A stretch of DNA of 64,000 bases from Gracilinanus agilis (Eukaryota). Of this stretch, positions 11,118-22,315 are shown one piece after another. The position numbers and the translations under genes are program-made. Under the pieces are notes generated by a model. The model had not been told where the DNA came from. It did no database searches and worked only from the letters and a program-made list of their open reading frames with translations. How positions within the stretch are numbered: position 1 is the first letter of the stretch; every line of letters starts with the position of its first letter. The stretch spans positions 318,124,280 to 318,188,279 of the forward strand of contig NC_058131.1 in assembly GCF_016433145.1 (NCBI RefSeq), in the 5' to 3' direction.

Positions 11118-11501
11118 GGCTACACCAAAAACTAGTGGGTGAAATCTGAAATGATTGAGAAAACAAAGGTTTGAGCTTCTAAGCATATTGATTTGTTAAG
11201 CAGTACATATCAATTGTATAACAAATTGGGACCAAGCCTCCTCACCATGGTATTGGACCCCAAATGTAGGGGGAAATATTTTTATGCATTAAAAGACAAG
11301 ATTTGATAATCTGATTAGAGATGGTATGGGGAGAACGAGTAGGTGGACTTTTTTGGATGTGAATCAGGATGTTATTCGATTCTCATTATTAGCAAGTAGG
11401 TGGAATTTATAGAATAATGAACTTTACATCTTAGAATAATGAACTTTAGATCTTGTAAAACTTAGTCAGTTTTACAAGATGGAGTCAGTTCAGTTCATAA
11501 A

Positions 11502-11815
11502 CTACCTAGCTGATCTCTTTTCAATCTCCTTTACTGGCTCTTCATCCAGGTCACATTAACTAATGTTGAGTTTCCACAGGATTCTCTAATAGATCTTCTT
11601 CTCCTTCCCCTTTGTATGTTACCTGGTGGTCTCATCACCTGCTAGAGAAAAGATTATCATCTTCATATTGATGATTTTCAAATCTACTTAGCCAGTTCTA
11701 ACCACTCTACTGACTATCAGACTTGCATCTCTAACTGCCTATTGGATATCTTGAACTGGATATCTCTTAAGCAACTTAAACTGAATGTGCCCAAACTTGA
11801 ACTCTCTTCTCCTTT
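11502..11815 (+). mobile_element. LINE-2 fragment, piece 2 (RT region)
   Basis: Resembles L2 RT-coding sequence (...ggtctcatc...tatcatcttcatattgatgattttcaaatctac...aactgcctattggatatc...). Confidence 0.7.
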
Positions 11816-11859
11816 CCTCTGCATTAACTTTATTTTTATATGAAGTTATGCAAAGCATT

Positions 11860-12625
11860 TTTATTAGTCAAAGAGAAGAAATCAAAAATGCCTAATCAAA
11901 AACCAAAATGGAAATCCTTAAGATCAGAGGAGAAATGAATAAAACTGAAAGTAAACAAAACCATTACATCTTGAACTTCATTGCCACAATTATAATTATA
12001 ATTCAGTTCTGCTTTGGTTGTTTGTTCATTTTTTCCAGCCTGTTTCTTGACTTTGATCTTCATGTTGAAATTGGGGTCTGTTCACCTGGTAAGAGTGTGG
12101 CACCATTCTAAGCTTCAGACTTCCTTTGCTCTGCTATTTTCAGAGCTAATTTTGGAGGTTTGGAGGTTTTTGGTGCTTCTAAGGTCAATATGAGCTAGAA
12201 AGGGATCATTGCCCTCCTGTCTGCATTACTCAGGAAAGGCCCCTAATCCCTATAGCCACAAGGCACTCCTACTACTCAGGACTCCTGATTCCTTATGACT
12301 GAAAGTACTTCTTTCTGCCTCAAACTATAACCTAGAAGTGGATATGGGCAATGGAGTTGCCCTGTCTTGCATCCAGTGCTAGTAAAAGGTTCTTTGTAAT
12401 CTCTTCCTGACTAGTTGTCCAATTCCCTCACCACCTCTGGGCTGCTGTTGTTGTCACTGCTCCCAAGTTTCACAGCTAGTGTTGCCATTATGCGTGCGTT
12501 AGGCTATCTCCTACCTCAGTGTCACTGTTTTCTTCTGATCTCCTAAATTATCTTGGACTGGAAAAATGTCTCACTCCAACCTTTTGTTGTCTCTGCCATT
12601 CCAGAATTCAATTTGAGGTGTTCCA
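11860..12625. mobile_element. Old L1 fragments: + strand ORF2 piece followed by - strand 5' region
   Basis: MEILKIRGEMNKTESKQ resembles the L1 ORF2 EITKIRAELKEIE segment. The next part resembles the reverse complement of a marsupial L1 5' UTR/ORF1 start. Confidence 0.55.
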
Positions 12626-12639
12626 GCCTTAATACTTCT

Positions 12640-13025
12640 TTTCCTATTCCATTTTGACTCTACCACCCCACCCTACCTTCTGACTCCAGTAATTTTTAAA
12701 ACTGTTTCCTTCGTCTTGCTCCCCTATCCTCCCTTACTAGGGTGATTTACTTCCTTATTTTTACATCTGGCTTCCTTCAAATCCCACCTAATGTTCCACC
12801 TACTATATAAAGAAACCCTTTCAGTATCCCCCTTAATTTTAATGCTTTCCCTCCCTTGATTATTTCCAATTCATTCTGTATTTCTACATAATTGTTTGCA
12901 CATTATCTCTTCCCCTTGGACTGTGAGTTCATGAGAGCAAGGACTTTTACTTTTTCTTGTATCCTCAATGCTTAGCACAGTATCTGATGCAGAGTAGATG
13001 TTTAATAAATGTTTATTGACTGTCT
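12640..13025 (+). mobile_element. LINE-2 3' end, piece 3
   Basis: Typical L2 tail ...gcttagcacagtatctg...aataaatgtttattgactg. Confidence 0.75.
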
Positions 13026-13199
13026 TATTACTTAATTAGCTTCTTTATAGTTAAGGGAACTTAAGAAAACAAGATTAAGTAAGTTAACAGTAGCCTTTGT
13101 CACCATTATAATTAAGTTCTCTTGGTTTATTGGCCTTTGCTTAAGGCTATATCTTTCCCTTGACCAATGTATTAATATTTTGATCTATTCCTTTTGTAG

Positions 13200-13301
13200 G
13201 TGAAGTTCAGTGAACTAACTGTTGACATGTTCCGGATGTTGCAGGCCTTAGAACGAGAGCCAATGAATTTAGCTTCCCAGATGAACAAACCTGGAATGCA
13301 G
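13200..13301 (+). CDS. SCAI: SCAI coding exon (VKFSELTVDMFRMLQALEREPMNLASQMNKPGMQ), phase 0/0
   Basis: cttttgtag acceptor, CAG|gtgaca donor, 102 nt; peptide matches recalled mammalian SCAI. Confidence 0.96.
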
Positions 13302-13870
13302 GTGACAATCCTTTGTGGGTTTTGAGCATAGATAAAACAAAAGGAAATCCACATTTTCCCTATGGCTCAAAGATTGGTGTACAGTGAAAGTAATTTTTCA
13401 GACCTTCAGAAGATTTGTGTTTTCATTAATTATGGATGTTTCCTTTATAGATGTAGATCATAAGCCCTTTATCACTTGTAATCAGAGTAAGTTCATCAAG
13501 TGCTCAGTATTCTGGTAATGAGCCTCTTTGCATTGAGCTAGGCTCATCCTCAAATGATGCATAGTTCCTCTCTGAATCTGTAATCAGAACTTTTCACATT
13601 TAGATAGTAAATGTCCGAGGTAAACCCCACTAGCAATAGATTTCAGGAACTAGATTCATTTTATACCATGTTCGTGTCTCAGAGGAGGTCTTCTGTGGAA
13701 AGCCTTAACTAAAAAAGACTTTTCTTTAATGGGCAACATTAGTAAGTAGGTCCAGTAAGATGGCTTTTGTTTTTTTTATTGTACCAGAACATATTTGCTG
13801 AATGAAAAAATTGAAAATTGTCAATAAAAAAACTAAGTTATTTATTTTTTGGTATTTTATGTGGTTACAG

Positions 13871-13972
13871 GAATCCACTGACAAGCCTGCCCGACGAGAA
13901 AATCCTCATAAATATCTTCTATACAAACCAACCTTCAGCCAGCTGTATACATTTTTAGCAGCTTCTTTTAAG
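13871..13972 (+). CDS. SCAI: SCAI coding exon (ESTDKPARRENPHKYLLYKPTFSQLYTFLAASFK)
   Basis: ttacag acceptor, AAG|gtttgt donor, 102 nt, in frame. Confidence 0.96.
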
Positions 13973-15084
13973 GTTTGTATGATCATATTTTCTTTTGTCT
14001 TCAGGGGAAAATGAATCGTAAAAGAAACATATTATTAAATATACCAATGACAAATTTGATGACTCATATTCAAATAAAAAAACCTATCGAATTAATAATT
14101 CTAAGAATCACTCTGTGGTATAAAAAGAGCTTGTGACATATAATTTCCTGAGGAAAATTAATGAATATGTTTGTTCAACAAAGTTATTGGATGTTTTGAT
14201 GAACTACTATTGTGCTTATTACAGATGTTCTTGCCCCAGATACTGCAGACATAATAGTCATTGCCAGTACCCCATCAGTTAAAACAGTATCTTATTATGT
14301 ATATTTATTAGATATCAAGAAGTAACCTGAATATATTTCTGCTTCATTTGTAACAAGCTGGTTGTTTAAAGAATTTGGATTCTTTTTTCTTAGTCCCTGA
14401 TACAGAAGCTTTTAAAAAAATGTCCTGGAGAGGAGTTTATCTTAAAGCTCAATAGTTAAGATATTATTTCTCTATTTTAGGCAAAGTTAGAATAAGGCAT
14501 TTCTATAGTTTAGGAAGGCTTGAGTATTATACCCTTTTACTTTTGAAAAGGGTGCCATTTATGTATGTATTAATGTCCACTGGAGCAGTTGTACAATTAT
14601 AAAATCCTATGTATTAAAAACTGTCCCTTGTACCTCCCTTTCTACTTGTTGTGCCTTAGGCTACTGCTTTACTTATCTACCTCTAGTTCTGAATCTGAAT
14701 TTGTCATTTAATCATTTTTCAGTTGTGTTTGACACTTCGTGATCCCATTTGGAATTTTCTTGGTAAAGATATTGGAATGGTGTGCCATTTCCTTCTCCAG
14801 ATCATTTTTAAGATAAGGAAAGTGAGGCAAACAGACTTAAGTGATCAGCTTAAGGCTACATAGCTATTTAAGTGTCTCAAGATCCAATTTGAATTTCGGA
14901 GGATGAGTCTTCCTGACTCTAGGCCTTGTACTCTATCTTCTGTGCCTCCTAACTGCCTCCAAATCTGAATTTATATATGTAATAAAAACTCATTACTTGG
15001 ATTGTTAGTGTCTAAAGACAATTTTTATAGCTTGTGATGATACTCATTAGTAATGGTTAGCTTCTTGATTATTTCTGTGTAGAC

Positions 15085-15288
15085 CAGTGATGGGCAAACT
15101 TTTTAAAGAGGGGGCCAAAGGAAAGGAAATGCTCATCTGTCAGTCTATTTCTAAGGCAGCTCTTTAGAAGTTTCACTGTATTATATCCTACTCATTGTAT
15201 TCATCAGATTAGGAATAATGTCAAGTGGCCAGATAGAACATTTCAGGGGGCCACATCTGGCCCGCTTGCAGTAGTTTGCCCATCACTG
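15085..15288. mobile_element. hAT MITE, 204 bp, second family
   Basis: Perfect 16-bp TIRs CAGTGATGGGCAAACT / AGTTTGCCCATCACTG; perfect 8-bp TSD GTGTAGAC (15077-15084, 15289-15296). Confidence 0.93.
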
Positions 15289-15708
15289 GTGTAGACAGTT
15301 ACAGAGCAAGTAGAAATTCTAGAGCAGATGTGTGGTTTAATGGTAAGGATGTTAGACTTGAGTCAGAAGATCTGGGCTTTAGTCTAGCTCTGCCATTTAA
15401 TAGTTATGCAACCTTGAGCTAGACACTTATTTTTCTAAGCCTTGATTTTTTTTATCCATAAAATGAGAAAATTAGACTAGAAGATTGCTAAGTCCCTTAC
15501 ACCTCTAATAGTCTGATTCTCTAACTAAGCCAACAAAACTAAAATTTCTACTGGAAAATAGAATAGGATTTTAAATTTGGCTCTGGTTGTCACCACATTG
15601 TGGGAGGGGAATTTGTTTCTCTCTAATATGTCATGAATTGCAGGTTTTTTAAAAAAGAGTATTTCTCCTCGTTTATTGTTTTATGTATGTGTATATCTTA
15701 AATTCCAG

Positions 15709-15787
15709 GAGCTGCCAGCAAACAGTGTGCTCCTGATTTACCTTTCGGCCACTGGAGTTTTCCCCACAGGTCGTTCTGATAGTGAAG
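15709..15787 (+). CDS. SCAI: SCAI coding exon (ELPANSVLLIYLSATGVFPTGRSDSE-G)
   Basis: ttccag acceptor, AAG|gtacaa donor, 79 nt, phase 0/1. Confidence 0.96.
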
Positions 15788-18750
15788 GTACAATAAAGGA
15801 ATGCTCCCTGTCATGAGCAGGGCTTGAATTCTCTTTCTATTCTGCAAGATGATGGCCTGTGGCCTCCTGACTGTCTTAAAACTCCTTTCTCAAGAGGCAT
15901 CCAATTTAAAGTCCCAGTTTGTCTTTTGAATGTAATGTTTGTGTAGATTCCCAATGAATTTTACTTGTTTAAACAATATACATAGAAATCTATTAGTCAC
16001 ATGAAAGAGCCCTGGACTGAGTCCAAAGACCTATAGATTTGAATTCATTCTCTATTGCTTACTAGCTGTGATCTTCATCTAATTTCTTTATCTTCCTGGC
16101 CCTCATTTTCCTTCTATAAAATGAAATTGGATAAGATCATCATCTCTAAAGCCCAGACTAGCTCTAAATTATGTGCTTCTGTGAACCTATTGATCATACA
16201 TTAAGAGCATGCCTCAGTTTTTGCCTGAGTATCATCTGAACCCTGTTGATTTTGAAGACCCCCAAAAGCTCATTTTGTTTGCTGATCTGGACTTCATAAC
16301 ATGATTTTCTCTTTCATGATCATGTTCCCTGATCCTGTAATTGACTACATGGTTGGATCTGTGGCTGCAATGTGGTTGAAAATCTTTGTAGAAATGATTA
16401 TTCTTTTATTATTGTGAAAGTTCAAGCCCTTGTCATGATTTTGTTGATTCTGTCCTTCCTTACATCTCTCTTTATTTAAAACAAGTTGAATATTGGGGTG
16501 CTTCTTGTAAAACTGAAAAACGGTAGGAATGGAATGGTCAGAATATTTAGATAAGCTGATTTAAGTAATTAAAACAGTTTCTTAGGTGGAAAGAAATTCT
16601 ATCTTATTTCTTAATACTTTTTTTCAACTCATCTCTGTTGAAACTCGCATTCCTTTATATAAAGCATGCTCTTTTCCTCTTCCTTGCATGAGCGTAAGAC
16701 CCTCTTAAAATGTTTTTTAAAAAAAATCTATGTAGTTTTTTGTTGCAGTGATTTTTTTTGTGGGGAAGTGGGGAAGAAAAATTTCAATTTGACATTGCAT
16801 GTCTTATTTTGCATCGACATTTGCTGATATATGTTTCCTGTAACTAGGCAAACCAATTCGACTTTGGGTTCTTCCCTGTTGTTTACCTCTTATTCTTAAA
16901 TCTGAAAAGTTGAAGTAAATTTTTCATCAAAGAAAAGGATTTTGTTCGTCCCACCATGTGTTTATTGTTACTGTTTCTAGTAGCTACTTTTGAAAGCCTC
17001 TGTGGATGAGTGACCTAGGATCTATGCTTTGATCAATGTGTGATTGACAAATGCTTAGGATATTGAACCTTTATTAATTTGCCCACTTTCTACCTTTTTA
17101 TAGTAAAATGACCATATTCTCTTTCATGCTTCATAAGCTGTCCTGGAAACTTAACTTTAGATGGATGGCTGATTATAGTAAACATCTTGTTCTGGATCCT
17201 TGTTTTCACTGGCTTGGTTACTCTCTCCATTGATGCAGATTGTATACCCCTCTTCCCTATTTTATTATTTTGTGCAATTTTTATTCAAGTCTTTCCTCTA
17301 ATCCTGCAGTGTGTTGAAGGATTTCCATTGGTTTTACATAATTCTCAGAATATGCAGAATAACAAAAATAATAATGATGATTTATAAAGCATTTTTTAAA
17401 AGAATAACCTTAATAGAGCATGTAAACATGATCATCCTCATTTTGCGATGGGGAAGTGATATGCCCAAAGTTGCATGGCTTGAAGGTACCAAAGGCAATT
17501 TAAATGGCATATTTTTCTATCATGCCACATTGTCTCATGTTAGCTGAGTTTTGATTAAAAAATAAAACTTCATAATACTAAAATACTAAAATGTGACTTT
17601 AGAAAGGAGCAGAGAATAGGGACTAAAGATTAAATTGATATACAGAGAACTTCTCTTTAGAGATATAAGTTTCCAATAAAGTCCTAGAGAATTTGCTCTA
17701 ACAAAAATGTCAGTATCACAAACTGCAGGGCTCAAACCATTTTAAAAATGGAACTGGAAAATGTTTAGCAAAATAAATAAAATATAATAAAATATAGGTA
17801 ATATTTGTCTGTATTTTTTCAAGTCAGTACATGTGGCCTGCAGGATTAGTGTTTGACCCACTAGACTAGAGTACTGAGAGGTTAAGTGATTTGACTAGAA
17901 TCACAAAGCCAGGGTGGTTTTGATGAAGGATTTGAACAGAAGGCTGTATGTGACTCTCAGCATTCTGTCATGCTCAAAGCACTGAAATCTGCTATTGTTT
18001 TCTTGATACTGAAATATTGTCACTACCAGACTTTACAAACTTCTAAGATAGTTCAGTAATATTTGCTATTAGAGCAAAACTAAAAATAGGTGAAATTTTC
18101 AGTGGCTCTTTGTATTATTAAGGGAAATTTCAGTTCTCTTTATTGTTTCATTAACGTTTGCCACCTGTTAATTTTAATCATATGAAATGTTAGTGATTTT
18201 TTTTCTTGGAAGTTTAATTATAATGACTCAAGTTCTCCATCACCTTTGTTACTCCCAATAATGTCATATGTTAAGCTTTACATTGTTTCTCATCATATCC
18301 TATATTAGAAACAAACAAATAATTTGGAAAAAAAAAACTCTAGATAAATACTTGGCTTAGAATTTCACTGTTATAAGGAATTCCCAGCTGAAGAAAGTCC
18401 TTATAGTCATGGTTATAGAGAGTAGTCTAGAGTAGAATTGTCAAACTTGGTTGTCCATGGGCCTGTATGGGGTCCACAACATTCAGTGCTGCCTATACCA
18501 GATTAAAATCTAATTTGTTCAATATTTTAAAAAAGCAAATAAAAATACGACCCACAAAAATCCCCTAAATAATGTTAAAATAAACACGACATGAATTGTT
18601 TAGATATTTCATTGTATTATATAACTTAAAAATGTGTACTTCTCTTTCTTGCCTATTGATAATGTTAGTTAACCTGTTAGCCTTTCTTTAAACCTAAGAT
18701 AAATGTTACATTGCAATTAATGTTAATTTTTCTTCCCTTATAATTTACAG

Positions 18751-18850
18751 GCCCGTACGATTTTGGAGGAGTTCTCACTAACAGTAATCGAGATATCATA
18801 AATGGAGATGCCATCCACAAACGAAATCAGACCCATAAAGAAATGCACTG
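18751..18850 (+). CDS. SCAI: SCAI coding exon (GPYDFGGVLTNSNRDIINGDAIHKRNQTHKEMH-C)
   Basis: tttacag acceptor, CTG|gtaaga donor, 100 nt, phase 1/2. Confidence 0.96.
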
Positions 18851-20519
18851 GTAAGAGAGCTGATCTAGCTTCTAGCCATTTCTTTGGGGTGTGCAGGGAA
18901 CATTTCCATAGCTCCTACTATGTGCAAAGCACTTTCCTAAGCACTTAATAATTTTTATCCCATTTGATCCTCAAAACCACCCTGGGAGATAGGTGCTGTT
19001 CTCCCCATTTTACAGTTTGAGAACTTTGAGGTAAATAGAGGTCAAATAAGTGGCTTGGAGTCACACAGCTGTGTCTGTGGCCAGGTGCAACCTCATCTAG
19101 GCCCAGAATGCTATCCACTGCATCCCCCCCCCCACCTGTTTTGTTTTTCCAGTTGAAACAGAAGCTTTCTAATAATACAGAGATGCAGCAGAATATAACT
19201 AATGAGCCTTTATTAAAATCCAAAATTAACCTAGAAATCTTAGGGTTTTGTAGCTAAGAAGGAATATTTGAATATGAAATGTTAGAGCACAGGAACCTAA
19301 GAGCATAGAATGGCAGTAACTACAATATAAAATATGAGTAGTCTGCAGAGCATTCATTTTACTGGTGAGGAAACTGAGGCTTAGTTAGGCAGAATAACAA
19401 GTCATTGAATGACAGAGCTATTAGTGCCAGTAGCTAAAGGCTCTTTGTTGATTACTCAAGGAAGAAAGAATTCCTTTGCTCATATTGATTGATCTTAACA
19501 TGAGTAAGATTTCTGAATCTGAGAGCTCTGGTAATTGAAATAACTAGAATCGTAAGTAGAATTTCATCTGCTAAAGATTCCTCATCACAATGATGTTTTT
19601 TTGTCCTTTGTTTTCCTTCTGATGGCTTGAAGGTGAATAGTAAAAGGACAAACCTATATTTAATAGTTAGGAAGATGGAACTTAATGGTATTGGCATGAG
19701 AACACAAATATTCTATTATCCAAAAGTCAAGCTGTCCTCTAGAGAGAGGAGAGATAGCATGATTTAATGGAATGGACACAGACCCAGTAATCAGGAGACC
19801 TTGAGTCTTTTCTTAGTTCTTTTTTCCCTGATCCCTTTGGTTAAAATATTTTGATTCCTCAGGTCTTCCATAACACCTTCCATCTTTCGTCCTTTTAATT
19901 TATACTCTGCTTTCTAGTTATTTTATGCCATTATTCTGACTTTTATATATGCAATATCCCACCTTGAGAGACTGAAAGCTTAAGGGTAAGAATTGTATCT
20001 TAATTCTATTTCACAATTCAAAAACAGTGCTTTAAATGAATGAATTCCACTAACTAGGTGTTTGACAGGGCAATTCATAGTCTTGCTTTAGTTTCCTTAT
20101 TTGAACAATGAAAAAGGTGGATCAGATAATCTCTTAAGACCATTTCTAATAATAATATTCTATTAATTTATAATTACTATTACCCAGAGAGAGTAAAATG
20201 GAAATACCTATTTATGTATCCAGCATCTTGGAAATATGTATAGATTTTAAGGTTTAAAGAACTTAATAATTTAAGTTGTGCTGATGAGTTTTGTGATCCT
20301 TTTCCCTTATGTCAAGATAGGCTCTTGGAAACCACTTAATGAAAAACAAGATAGAAACAGATACCTTTTCTCAGATTTATAGTGTTTTAGCTCTTTCTCT
20401 TTCAGTAGGAAGGTTTCTGCCTTTGGAATCTAGAAGCCTTGTTTCTTATCTCACTTTAGATACTAATTGGGTGACCCTAATCAAGCAATAGCTTCTCAAG
20501 ACTTCTGTTTACCTAATTT

Positions 20520-22080
20520 AACTTTTAATTCTTTTCCTATAGAACTACCAAAGAATTACTTTATAGAACTAGAAAAAATAATAACAGAATTCATTGGAGG
20601 AACAAAATTATCAAGGGAATCAACAACAAAAATGTGAAAGAAGGAGGCCTAGCAGTCCCACATCTCAAACTACATTACAAAGCTGTAATTATCAAAATAA
20701 TTTGGTACTGAGTGAGAAATAGAGAAGTTGATCAATGAAATAGAATAGGTATGCAATATACAGAAGCAAATAAGCATAATTCATTAGTACTGATAAACCC
20801 AAAGATCTCAGCTATTAAGAGAAGAATTCACCATTTGATAAAAATTACTGGGCAAACCGGAAGGTAGTCTGGCATAAATCAACATCTCACACAACATACT
20901 AAAATAAGCTTAACATGGCTATATGATCTAGACATAAAGGGTGATATAAGTAAGTTAGTAGAGCATGAAAGAAATTACTTGTCAGATCTATGGATGGGGA
21001 AGAGTTCATGACCAAATAAAAAATAGAAAGGTTCACAAGAGATAAAATGGATAATTTTTATTACATGAAATTAAAAGGTTTTGCATAAATGAAGCCCAGA
21101 CAACTAAAATTAGAAGAACAGTAGAAAAATGAGGAAAATATTTTTGCCGCATGCTTTTCGTATAAAGGTTTAATTTTTGAAACAAAGAAGGAATTGAACA
21201 AAATTAATAAATATAGGAGGCATTCCCCAGTTAATAGATGATCAAAGGATACGAACAGGTAGTTTTCAGAGGAAGGAATCAAAGCTATCAAGAGTCATTT
21301 GAAAAAAATGCTCTCAATCACTGGTAATTTAAGAAATGCTAATTACACTTTGAAGTATCACCCTGTACCCACTATCTCAACTAACATGACAGAAAAGGAA
21401 AATGACAAATGCAGGAGGGGATTTGGGAATAGGTACACTGATACAGTGTTGATTGAGCTGTGAATTAGTCCAGCCATTCTGGAATACAGTTTCTAACTGT
21501 GCCCAAAGAGTGATGAAATTGCATATCCTTCGATTTAGCAATACATCTACTAGATAGCATCCCAAGAGATCAAAGAAAAAGGAAAAGAACCTTTTGTACA
21601 AAACGTATATAAAGCAGCTCTTCTTGTGGTGGCAAAGAATTGGAAACTAAGGGGATGCCCATCAGTTGTCTGTACTGATGCAAAATGAAGTAAACAGTAC
21701 CAGGAGAACAATCTACCCCGTAATTACATATCATAAGGAAAATCAACTGTGAAAAACTTAGTAACTCTGATTAACACAGTGATCTACCACAAATCCAAAC
21801 AACTTATGATATAAATTGCTCTCCAATTCCATATAGAGAACTGATAGACTTAGTATGCAGGTAGAAGTATTTTTTCTCCTTTATTTTTCTTGTCTCCCCC
21901 ACCAACTTGGAACATGGGTAAAACAGAAATATGTTTTGCATGACTGTATATGTATAATGGGCATCATGTTTCTTTCTCAATGGGAAGGAGATGGGGAGAG
22001 AGAGAGAAAATGTGGAAGTGAAAATGTAAAAATTATAATAGATAAATCATCTTTGACATATGTTTATTATAACAAATAAT
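20520..22080 (+). mobile_element. Old 5'-truncated marsupial L1 (ORF2 C-terminus and 3' UTR), heavily degraded
   Basis: Parallels the L1 at 2258-3900 (agaactaccaaagaattacttt..., gcagctcttcttgtggtggcaaagaattgg), with many stops and indels. Confidence 0.85.
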
Positions 22081-22233
22081 TTTTTAAAACTGAAAAACAA
22101 TTTTTAAAAGTATTTTCCATATGCATTAACTAAAAATGAAGGAAAAGTTATTCAAGAGGGAAAAAAGAGAACAAGGTTTGTTATACTTGACCTGGATGGT
22201 TGGACTTACTGAGTTCTCTATTTCTATTCCCAG

Positions 22234-22315
22234 CCTTCATCCTGGAGATCTCTACCCTTTTACCAGAAAACCCCTGTTTATCATTGTTGATTCATCCAAT
22301 AGTGTTGCTTATAAG
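22234..22315 (+). CDS. SCAI: SCAI coding exon (C-LHPGDLYPFTRKPLFIIVDSSNSVAYK)
   Basis: ttcccag acceptor, AAG|gtgagt donor, 82 nt, phase 2/0. Confidence 0.96.

Larger units (their letters stand above)
6826..11501 (-). mobile_element. Degenerate ERV/LTR retroelement: LTR ~11501-10387, PBS-like 10382-10366, short non-coding interior with nested insertions, PPT-like 7187-7171, truncated LTR 7170-6826
   Basis: Two diverged direct repeats (6831-7170 and 11138-11501) share ggtgaaatctgaaa and tttttatgcattaaaagacaagatt. Minus-strand TGGCTTGAAGAAGGGAC resembles the tRNA-Lys3 PBS. AAAAGAATTGTGGGAAT directly precedes TG of the left LTR. The block interrupts an L2. Confidence 0.55.

Noticed and set aside
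11410-11453. Short tandem duplications (22 bp here; 13 bp at 49335-49360; 10 bp near 25527-25546; ~16 bp near 9750-9790)
   Set aside because: These are two-copy slippage events with no spacer structure. They are not CRISPR-like and there is no sign of function.
13490-13700. Two-hairpin region as an H/ACA snoRNA
   Set aside because: There is no ANANNA hinge between the hairpins and no terminal ACA at the expected position.
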